Source: Octopus sinensis
Taxonomy: Eukaryota
DNA length: 64,000 nucleotides
NCBI RefSeq assembly: GCF_006345805.1
Contig: NC_043012.1
Coordinates: 52,452,001 to 52,516,000, forward strand
Direction: 5' to 3'
Under the pieces are notes generated by a model that saw only the letters and a list, made by a program, of their open reading frames with translations, did no database searches and was not told the DNA's origin. The position numbers were made by a program, and so were the translations under genes. Below are positions 53,825 to 64,000 of this stretch, piece after piece; the first letter of the stretch is position 1; every line of letters begins with the position of its first letter.

Positions 53825-54203
53825 TGACACTCCGTCGGTTACGACGACCAGAGTTCCAGTTGATCCGATCAACGGAACAGCCTGCTCGTGAAATTAACGT
53901 GCAAGTGGCCGAGTACTCCACAAACACGTCTACCCTGAAGGCAGTTCTCGGAAAGATTCAGCGTGACACAGAGTGTGATAAGGCTAGCCCTTTGAAATAT
54001 AGGTACAACAGAAACAGGAAGAAAAAGTGAGAGAAAGTTGTGCTAAAAGAGTACAGCAGGGTCCACCACCACCCCCTACAGGAGCCTCGTGGAGCTATAG
54101 GTGTTTTCGCTCAATAAATACTCACAACGCCCGGTGTTGGAATTGAAACTGTGATCCTACTACTGCAAGTCCGCTGCCTTAACCACTGAGCCATTGCGCC
54201 TTC
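53825..54203 (-). mobile_element. SINE family C head joined to the family E 3' half (tail type 3)
   Basis: Head GGCGCAATGGCTCAGTGGTTAAGGCAGCGGAC; 3' part ATTTCAAAGGGCTAGCC..CACGCTGAATC..GCTGTTCCGTTGATCGGATCAACTGGAAC as in family E. Confidence 0.88.
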
Positions 54204-54235
54204 AGAATCATGAAGACATATAATATATATAAAAT

Positions 54236-55005
54236 ACAGGCTACCCCAGAATTAACTATCTGTTTCAATGAAATCGGGCAAGTTTCAAAAAAAAATTGAC
54301 AGGATCTTATGTTCAATACTTAACTATAATACCAAAACAGATTTATAAATCTTACTTCTAAACCCTGTGATCTGTCTGTATGCCCGCAAAAATCAAATCT
54401 ATCTTTAGCGTTGCAAAACGTTCCTTGAACTCGGCTTCTCAATGTTTCTCTTGCATATCAACACAGAATTGTTTGCGCTTTCGCTTTTCATTTGCAGTTA
54501 TGGCCTGAACGAGCTGCAGCTTGTAGGGTTTAAATGGCAAAGTGTTTCCTCAGGACGCGCCAAACTTTCGTTGGAGAAACCTGTGTTTTCAAACTTGTTT
54601 TTCTTATAGACTTCTTGGGGCTTCGCAAGAGATTTTGGCGAACCAGCTCGACCGTCTTTTCCGATGTTTGTGGTCGTCCATATCCTTTTGCCCTGCACAG
54701 ACAGTCTCCCTCTTTGAATTTTTTCTACCATGTCCAAATCTGCATTGCCGTTGACGACTTTTTAGAGAACTCTCCCACAAATGCACGCCGCACAGTCCTG
54801 TTCGACTGTGTTGGAGCATACTCCAACACACGAAACGCATTTTCTCTCCTAGTGAATGCCATTTCTATACCTGAAAAGGTAAATATATCATATATTAAGC
54901 ATACACTTTTGACCTGTTTCTACGCATGCTGTTAAAATTGAAAGTCATTGGGAACAAGAACCTGCAAAGTTAATAGAGATATGAATTTTTTTTTGAAACA
55001 CCCTA
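54236..55005 (-). mobile_element. Tc1/mariner-superfamily relic with DUF4817-type (rosa/DD41D-like) transposase N-terminus; pseudogene
   Basis: From ATG at 54862: MAFTRRENAFRVLEYAPTQSNRTVRRAF..W*KKFKEGDCL..GRPQTSEKTVELVRQNLLRSPKKSIRK..VWRVLRKH, then after a frameshift KPYKLQLVQAI..RKQFC. Right end TTTGAAACACCCTATA is TIR-like; the left boundary is uncertain. Confidence 0.82.
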
Positions 55006-55074
55006 TATATGAAAACTGAAGTGAAGACCAAGTATATAATGTGGGTGGTTAATTAGCAAAAAATATGACAATCC

Positions 55075-55120
<46 letters not shown>

Positions 55121-55436
55121 GCACACACACATTCGTTATGTTACAGACAAGTGTCCTCTACATAGAATACACTTCGAAGCACTCAAGAGATTTGAACTTG
55201 AGCCGGTAGATGAGTAAACGTAATATTCTGCGTAAATCGAGTTGCCACACTCACTTGTCATTACACTTATACACATACAAACGTGTGTGTGTGTGTCAGT
55301 TGTTTCCCTTTCCACAGCTTGAAAACCAGTATTTAGATCCCCCATAACCTAGTGGTCTGGCAAAGAGAAGATTGAATTTCTACCAGGCTTAAAAAGAAAA
55401 TAACTTAATGGGGTCGATTCATTTGACAAAAATTTC

Positions 55437-55857
55437 GGATCTTTTCGGTTTCAACGGCAGTTTTTTCTAGCGGTGTCATATGAAATTGTCACCCATAATT
55501 ATGACCCTAGTATCGATCTATTGCATTTCAAACTGTTTTACGGTTAGGGTTAGTTAGGGTTAGGGTGAAGGGTATCTTTTTTTCTTCACAAATGTAAATA
55601 AACCCAATCTGTTTCTTAAACGAGGGATATATTCATACGGCACAGAATGTTTATTACCTCAATGTACGTCAGTGATTGGTTGAAATTGCAGAAATTGAAG
55701 AAAAAAACCAACAAATATCTTACAAACTATAGAATTTTCTCAATAAAGCCAAGAGAAAAAGATGTTTTATAAACACATTCTACCAGTATACGAAATTTTA
55801 AATTTTTTAGTTACCTAGAAATTATGTTAAAAACTATCGTTCGAACCGAAAAGAACC
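55437..55857 (+). mobile_element. MITE copy 4, inserted in the tail of a degenerate SINE-B (~55135-55925)
   Basis: Same TIRs; exact TSD AAAATTTC at 55429-55436 and 55858-55865. Confidence 0.93.
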
Positions 55858-57015
55858 AAAATTTCTTCAAAGTAATGCCCCAGCACGACCGCAGTCTAAT
55901 GACCTTGACAAATAAAGAATAAAAGATATTTACATTCATAATATATCAGAGCCGTATGAATTTCAAACGATCGTAATGAGGGACTAAATGCTTATCGTCA
56001 GCGCTTCGGACACCTACCTTTCGACTCTTTACGTACTGAGTTCTAAGTCCACCGAGGTCAACTTTGCCTTTCATCTTTACAGAGAAATTGTCTAACCCCT
56101 TGCTTCCCAAAATCGCTGGTCCTGTGCCAAAGTTTGAAACGCATTTATGCTACTACATTTCCTGTTTAAATACCAAGTCTGATTACACGATACCTGCTTC
56201 TCCCGAGCATTGTTGTTGTAATTCTATACATATTAACACGTGAAAGGTCAATAATTGTTAAAGCATCCTAAAAGTTTTAAGACCGGTTCAGAAATAGAAA
56301 TTTAAAAGAGAGAAATAACGCAATACTGTAGTCCCAGAAGTGGAAAATCTGCTGCAGCCTCTTATACACTTTAAGGCAATCAATAAAAGGAATATTTTTA
56401 TATGATTTCATTTTAATGTAATATTTACATTCACAGAAGCCGAAAGGCGATCGATTCTATGTGTGTCTTCAGTAGGAAATAGAGTTGAATAGAAATCTTT
56501 TATAGTTGAAAAATTGAATGAGCATGTATTTATTTATTTTTACATTTTTTTATTTATTTATATTTTTGCTATTTCACAGAAATTTCACTAAAATTCCAAA
56601 ACTTTAAACGTCATATATAGAAACTATTGATATAAAAATAGCATAAAAAAAAAGACATGTGAGTATTTTAGGAACGATATGAGCGATAATTATGGCCACT
56701 TATGAAATCAATAAAAAGAGAAAGCTGAAAACTTTAAATAATAGTTATTTAGAAATCATTGATTTTTACCTTTCAAAATGGCACTTAGTGCGGCCATTTG
56801 AAAATAACACTTCGACAGTGTTTTATGTATGTTCATACTTATACATATACATACACACTCTTAACAGTACCGTATATGATTGCCTGTAACTAACTTTCTA
56901 TTGAGATGCGTGTTCATATATGTGTGCGCATTCGTGGGTATAAGTATGATTGTGTGACAAAAAAAAATATACATGCGGTTTTACGTTTTTATGCATGAAT
57001 GTATGAATGTATATA

Positions 57016-57081
<66 letters not shown>

Positions 57082-57959
57082 TGTGTGTGTATATGAGCGT
57101 ATTAATAAAGTGGAGAAATGTAAGGAGAGAGGAGCTGAATCAACTAGAAGTTCTGTATGTATGCAACTTTAACCGTGTTTGGGCGGGTTCTGTATAATAA
57201 TATAAGATTACAACAAAGAGCAAGCATTTACTGATTTAATACAGGCGACTGTATCCGTATTAGTGAAAACACTACTATTTAAGAAACCTGTTTTATTCTA
57301 ACTAAAACTACTTAAACTAACAATTTTACGATCGCATATGCTACAACCGCCACCGTGAACGCCACAATTAAATCTACTCCAGACATTGTCGCTACCACTT
57401 TTCACTAACTTTGATGATATATTATCGCTGAATAAGCTCAGTAGTGGCTGTCATGAAACGTAGCAGATTGAACTTACAACAGTGCATTATTGCTTTTTAT
57501 AGTTTTTACTTCATTTATTTGTTTATCTTGATTGACGAACGGAAGAAAAGTGAAAAGTTTAGCTGATCCTAACAAAATTTTTTCTCATGATGTGTGTGTA
57601 AGAATGTATAAATAAATTAACGGGCTTTTTTTTCTGAATATCTCTGTTACTTTTGTTTAACCATCGCGGTTTACTACACGGGTTCTAATCATAAATTGAC
57701 CTTCGCATATTTCTTCGATGAGAAACCGATATATTTGAGGTTGTTTTGCTCGCATTAAAAGTAGAACACAAAGAAACTTTTAAGGTTTCCTTAATGGTGC
57801 AGAGGCTTCTTTAAAGGAGAGTCAGCTTGTTGGACAAGTTAGTATAAAGATATGGGCTTAGGATTTGAGGGGTGTCCTTACCACCGTTAGAGGCAAAAAT
57901 GAAGATCCTTTAGCGAAGATTTACTTTGCTTTCTTCATAAATCACTAATTTATATTCTT

Positions 57960-58363
57960 TTCTTTTATTCTTTCATTTGTTTCAGTCATTTGACTGCGGC
58001 CATGCTGGAGCACCGCCCTCAGTCGAAGAAATCGACACCATGACTTATTCTTTGTAAGCTCAGTATTTTAGTCTATCGGTGTCTTTCACTAAACCGCCAA
58101 GTTACGGGGACGCCAACACACCAGAATCAGTTGTCAAGCGATGTTGCAGGGACAAACACAGAAATACAAATATATATACATACATACATATATATATACG
58201 ATGGGCTTCTTTCAGTTTCCGTCTACCAAATCCACTCACAAGGCTTTGGTCGGCCCGAGGCTATAGTAGAAGACACTTGCCCAAGGTGCCACGCAGTGGA
58301 ACTGAACCTGTAACCATGTGGTTGGTTAGCAAACTACTTACCACACAGCCACTCTTGCGTCTA
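57960..58363 (-). mobile_element. Full-length SINE family B
   Basis: Near-consensus; colinear with 16089-16497. Confidence 0.92.
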
Positions 58364-58841
58364 TATTCAGTTTGTTAGCACATCATGTACACCATATGCA
58401 CGCGCGCGTACACACACACGCCCATGTACACATACGGGACTGACACGCATGTATTTTGATGTAGATATATTACATGCACATGCACACACATATGCACACA
58501 CATATGCACACACATATGCACACAGGTATGCCCACAATCACACACACATATAAATATAGTTATATGTATACATGTTTATGTATGCATATCTATAAATATA
58601 TACGCATGATCATACATATAGCTACAAATCGTGCATAAATCATATGTATGTAACACCGATTACTACTGACACATTTGAGAAGTTTGAAATTGAACCTATA
58701 TTACACATTTTTATCTTGAACCCCTATCGTTAGAGCCATAAATCACATTTACCTCTTTGACCAGGGCTTGTTACAGTTCTGCATGAGCCAATAAGTGTAT
58801 ATTTTATGCTAACTATCTAGTGTACAATTGTGCGATTCGTA

Positions 58842-59742
58842 TCACTTTGGCAAGAAAGTTCTTGGACACTTTTAACATATCACTTTATAAACAATTAAAA
58901 AAACAACACAGAACATTCAATCCAAAAAGTAATCACCCTCCTTATTGATCACCTTTTGCCATCTTTCAGGCAAAGTTTTGTATCCTTTCATCCAGAAATC
59001 GCGTGGTTTTGAATCAACAAAGTCGTAAAGGAACGATTTCACATCTTCGTTTTCGAACTATGTATCGCCAATCGCGCGTTGCAAGGCAGAGAATAAGTGG
59101 TAGTCAGAAGGGGCATGGTCAGGAGAATATGGTGGGTGCACTATAATCTCCCAGCCCGCATCCTTCAGCTTCTCCGAGGTCTTCTTTGCACGATGTGCTG
59201 GCGCGTTGTCTTAATGGTAAATTATCTTCTTCAAATGTGAGCGTTTTTCGGACAACGCGATCTTTAGACGGTCAATTTGTTCGCAGCAGACATCCCTGTC
59301 AACGGTGGTATTGCGTGGGAGAAGATCCTACATGATCACACCACAGTAATCCCACCAAACTGAGATCATAACCTTCTTTTCTTTTGCGGTCCTTTTGGCG
59401 AAGGTTTTGGCTGTTGACCTTTGCTACACCAGGATCATCTGCACCTCACGGAGTACCGTACCCACGTTTCATCCATAGTGACTACTGACTCCAACATATC
59501 GAATATTCGGCTTCGCCAGAGCAGAATTTGACAAGCAGTGACACGTGCTTGTTAGTTCACTTTAGGTAATTTATGTGGCACCCATTTTCCAAGCTTGCTG
59601 CCCTTGCCGAGACGTTGCAGGTGGTTGATGATCGTGAAATGGGAGACGACAAACTGTACTGCAAGTTGACATGCAGTTTGCATTTGATCGGCTTCAATAA
59701 TTTTCAACAATTACTTGTCCAAGAACTTTCTTATCAATGTAA
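58842..59742 (-). mobile_element. Internally deleted mariner (DD34D-type) transposon; pseudogene
   Basis: Minus translation contains VTMDETW, *DNAPAH, GWEIIVHPPYSPDHAPSDYHLF and LPERWQKVINKEGDY; imperfect TIRs (AAGAAAGTTCTTGGACA core) flanked by TA. Confidence 0.92.
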
Positions 59743-59984
59743 TACATTGTCACTGCAACACGCTGCGATTTGCTAATTGGAAAAGATACACATTTCTTGA
59801 TATCAATATCTAGTCCATTTCTCATTACGTACCACGGGAATAGAAATATCTTCCAGAACATGAAGAAGCTTTATACAATTGGCCGCTGATTTTGTTTAGT
59901 TTTCGTAGCTGATCTACTATCATATCGTATACACTTAAGATAGCCGGCTGTTTCTTTGTCGTATGCATACTACATAAAGGCGTT

Positions 59985-60207
59985 GTTGCTATTCAGCCCC
60001 GTATCAAACTTGATTGAATAATCTACCATTAAATGTCTTAAACTGCGATCATCAGGCCCATCTGTCTGGGTCAGTGAGTATCTAGGCGATACGAGTCGAT
60101 GTATCTGCTCTTCTTTCAAGAAAACGATAGGACTGATATTATTTGAGGAAGAATTGTTAGTTATTTCTAGCAGATCGAGCGACAACCTAGAGGCTCCGTT
60201 GTTGCCT
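59985..60207. repeat. Old dispersed repeat family D (representative copy; others near 13220-13420, 23510-23710, 33030-33125, 47700-47870, and reversed near 34690-34870, 41290-41410)
   Basis: Recurrent degenerate motif (TTG)GCTG(C/T)TATTTCTAGCAG.TCGAGCGAC..TAGAGGCTC with similar upstream blocks. Confidence 0.55.
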
Positions 60208-60770
60208 TGCATATAGAGATGTAGACGTCACTGATAACCTATGATCCAATGACTAATTGGACTTACCATATGAACATGAGCATTCAGAGTTCAACATTAT
60301 TATGTAATTAAAAGTCGATACTTAGATTAGAGAATCTCAAGACAACGTGAAAAGACAGTAAAGTAGAAGTTACGTAATTATAAGGAAAATCCATCGACAA
60401 AACGACTGAAGTAGACACTATTTCTAACGGAATTATGACACTAGAATAATTATAATTGCTTCAACTAATTACTAATTATTAATATTCGATTTTATAAATA
60501 TATTTCGATGAAAATATGTGTGACTAAAATAATAATGATACAATTATTGGAAATATTAAACATTTTGGACAAGATAAAACTTACTGCATATTTTAAATAT
60601 GAGTTTTAGATATGTAAGTGAAATTTAATTAAGAATCGATAGAAAACCGAAACTTTCTCGGAGCCCGCTTTAAGCTCTGCCCACGCACTGCAATTTCAGA
60701 AATGCCTCCCGTTCGTTATTTTTTCTTTCATTCTTCATCGATACATTTCTCTCTTTCTCTTTCTCTCTAA

Positions 60771-60805
<35 letters not shown>

Positions 60806-60825
60806 TGTCTTTTCCTTTCTCGCTG

Positions 60826-60860
<35 letters not shown>

Positions 60861-60938
60861 ATGTATGTATACTGATTTCAAATTTTGGTACGAAGCCTGC
60901 TATACCAGGGAAGGGGTAACTCGATTAGATCAATCTCA

Positions 60939-60975
<37 letters not shown>

Positions 60976-60977
60976 AT

Positions 60978-61150
60978 AGTTCAAATTCCGCCGAGGTCGA
61001 CTTTGCCTTTCATCCTTTCGGGGTCGATTAAATAAGTAACAGTTACGCACTGGGGTCGATGTAATCGACTTAATCCGTTTGTCTGTCCTTGTTTGTCCCC
61101 TCTGTGTTTAGCTCCTTGTGGCTAGTAAAGAAATAGTTATTTCATCTGTG
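60978..61150 (+). mobile_element. 5'-truncated SINE family A, tail type 1
   Basis: Near-consensus core and tail followed by a junction remnant AAAGAAATA|GTTATTTCATCTG. Confidence 0.9.
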
Positions 61151-61289
61151 AGAGTTGGGATTTATTGGGGTGCGTCTGCATAGTAAGTGCAAGTTTCTAT
61201 TAACTGGGTTTTTTTTTGTGTTATTTCCAGTTATAATTATTTGTGTGATAGTCTTCATTCGAAAACTATCGTGTGTTTTCCTATGTGGG

Positions 61290-62442
61290 GAAAACATCAA
61301 TTGCTGGCAGCTTGTGAGGATTTTCGCTTGACCATCAACTTGAAATGCATTAACCTGTGTGTGGTGCTCTTTGCAACCCCACTAAAATTTTTGTTAAGCG
61401 TAAGTTACTTGATGTTGCTGATTCGTTCATCTACCTTGGAAGCTCCGTACAAAATGATAGAAATCTTGATACAGAAATACATCTGCGAATTCAAAGGACA
61501 GCAAATGCCTTTGGTGGCTTGGAGTCACGCGTTTGGTGCCAACGACATATAAATAAGAATACAAAGCTGGCTCTTTTCAAATCCTTTGTCTTACTATCCC
61601 TGTTGTATTTCTGTGAAACTTAGACTTGTTATGAAAGGCATTTTATATTGTTAGAACAAGTCCACCGAAAATGCCTTCATGGCATTTTAAAAATTAAATG
61701 GAGTTCTTTTACTCCAAATACAGGTGTCGTTGTATCTGCAGGCATCACCTCAATTAAAGCTATGATTTTGAGGAACCAAATGAGATGGTGTGGCCATATT
61801 GTTCGAATGGCGGATGAACGCATGACGAAACAGCTGTTTTATGGTGAGCTTGCAGAAGGGAAACGTTATCCGCGTAAACCTAAAAAAAAAGGCATAAAGA
61901 CTACTATAAAGTCACTTGGAATGGATCGAGAAGACATAGAAACCCTTCCTTCGGATCGAGCTGGATGGCAAACAAAAATGTGGAGTGGAGTGAAAGCATT
62001 TGAAGAGGCCAGGATAACGCATGTAAGACACAAAAGAGATCTAAGGAAGAATGTTATGATCGATAAGGTAAATGCCAATGATCTTTTTGTGTACACAGTT
62101 TGTGACAGACCATGACTTTCTTTTGCTGGGCTCAAATCTCATTTGCGAACTCATAGAAAACGAACCTCCACCAACCATTCCGTCTATATTTCTATGCACA
62201 CCTTTGAATGTAGTGTATGCAAGAAGGTTTGCAAATCTAACGGAGGTCTCAAAAGACATTTTAAGATCCTCAAAGATCAGAACTTATCTGCAGATCTTGG
62301 TGGTCCAAATCAGATGTGCAGTCTATGTGGGTGTCTTCTCAGAACATTGTCTTATTTAAACAGCCACATCAGATGCTATGATGGTTTTAATGTGTAGGTA
62401 CAGGAGGTGGACAATCTCTACATAAGGAGTAGACAACCACTG
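61290..62442 (+). mobile_element. 5'-truncated RTE-clade LINE: RT C-terminus, three degenerate C2H2 zinc fingers, short 3'UTR; pseudogene
   Basis: FIYLGS, RIQRTANAFGGLESRVW, LLYFCET*, QMRWCGHIVRMADERMTKQLFYGEL; ORFs 61357, 61648 and 62143 share one frame split by two stops; ends at (TA)n. Confidence 0.92.
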
Positions 62443-62445
62443 TTT

Positions 62446-62503
62446 ATATATATATATATATATATAATATATATATATATAATATATATATATATATCTA
62501 TAT

Positions 62504-62546
<43 letters not shown>

Positions 62547-62583
62547 ATATATATATATATATATAATATATATATATATATAG

Positions 62584-62656
<73 letters not shown>
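62446..62656. repeat. (TA)n microsatellite
   Basis: Direct reading. Confidence 0.95.
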
Positions 62657-62660
<4 letters not shown>

Positions 62661-62789
62661 TGTTCGTTTTTATGTTCAGTTATAAAAAACAACTTTACAT
62701 CAATCTGATGGGATACTCTATATTTTTGTAGAATACAAATTTATCATTATTTTGCAATGACGATGAAGATCAATATGAAGAATGTTGTT

Positions 62790-63200
62790 GATAGTGATTT
62801 CGAAGTTTCGGACAGCTAAGCCATCATCGGACGAGAGAGAGAGAGAGAGAGAGAGAGCCAGAGAGACAGAAAGATATGCGCAACTAGAGAAACAGAGAAG
62901 TAAGGAATTAAAAGACAGAGTGAGAATATAAGGAAAAAGTAATGAATATATTCTGTTGTGTCTGGGATGAACCATTTTCTTTTAGTGCCTTATAATGTAA
63001 CACACTCACCGGTAAAATTTCCGTTTATTTCCTAAATTTTTCTGAACTTTTCCTAAAATTTTAGCTGCGTCTTGCAAACTTTTCAATAGTCCTGACTATT
63101 GAACATTTTGCAAGACACAACGGAAATGACTCGCCCCAGACACAACACAATATGCTTCAACACACGAACTCACATAAAGAATCTTGCAAACCAAATCCCT
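62790..63200 (-). mobile_element. Possible Penelope-like pseudo-LTR with partial inverted duplication and hammerhead-like core
   Basis: Minus strand CCGATGA-TGGCTTAGCTGTCC-GAAAC at ~62805-62830; hairpin GTCTTGCAAA..TCAATAGTC-CT-GACTATTGA..TTTGCAAGAC; outer pair TGTTGTGTCTGGG/CCCAGACACAACA. Confidence 0.45.
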
Positions 63201-63259
63201 AACTGAAATAATGAATATATAATTCCTTAAAATTCACACACACACACACACACGCATAC

Positions 63260-63310
<51 letters not shown>

Positions 63311-64000
63311 GAGTGTGTATAAATACAATGTGCATTTGCATACATAACAGTGTTTGTAGAAACATAGGAAAACTACTGAATATATAGGATGGAGTTAATT
63401 ATAATAATTCTAACAAAAATAGGCACAACGTCATTAATTTTGACACATCAAAATACAATAAATCGGAGCAATTCTCGGGTTTGTTTTTCTTTTCTGTTCT
63501 ATCCCGTCACAAATTTCTTTGTATTGGTTTACGTTTTATTTTGTTTTCTCCTTACTTCGTGTCTGTCTCGTTCATCCTCTTCCTCGCTTGTTCCCCAATT
63601 CTACATTGAATCTATCTTTCGTTCACATAGTAATAGCTTGCTTTTATATTCATATATTTTAATATTGCATTGACCATATTTGTGTTTAAAACGGTAATTT
63701 TGTTTTCTTTGTAGATAAACACGTAATCGAACCCGCGAACGAACGATCATAAGTCGCACACCATAACCACTCAGTATGTAAAGACTCGCACAAATACCGC
63801 CTAATACGATTAGAGTTTTTTCACTTCACACGGTAATTCGCAGAATCACATTTTGGTATGAAACTACATAGATTACTTCGCTGAGTTTCACGTTTTAACA
63901 ATTTTCACACAAAGGAATCTTATGAAACTGGATAAAAGACAAAACCACCCGAGTATGAAAGTTAGAGTCACGTTTCAATGAATACCTATACTGTAATAGC

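Noticed and set aside
62143-62397. Stand-alone C2H2 zinc-finger gene
   Set aside because: In frame with and contiguous to the RTE ORF; fingers are degenerate.

Overview
AT-rich, microsatellite-saturated eukaryotic DNA with no host protein-coding exon that I can support. Nearly all long ORFs in the track are translations of (TA)n/(TACA)n/(GATA)n/(AAT)n repeats. The repeat content is most consistent with an octopus (cephalopod) intron or intergenic region; this is an inference from composition and repeat types. The window holds dozens of tRNA-derived SINE copies from about four modular families, and four copies of a ~410 bp GG-terminated MITE with 8 bp target-site duplications (TSDs) and internal TTAGGG. 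It also has three Tc1/mariner relics and LINE relics (RTE, CR1, CRE-like, possibly R4/Dong). Several fold-back or Penelope-like segments sit between TA microsatellites, two with hammerhead-like cores. The most notable structures are: SINE multimers joined at one fixed junction; one SINE head carrying four different tails; near-perfect long hairpins containing the core of an older dispersed repeat; CCGANGA-variant hammerhead motifs; and an RTE ORF ending in three C2H2 fingers. Element boundaries were read by eye and are approximate unless a TSD or TIR is quoted.
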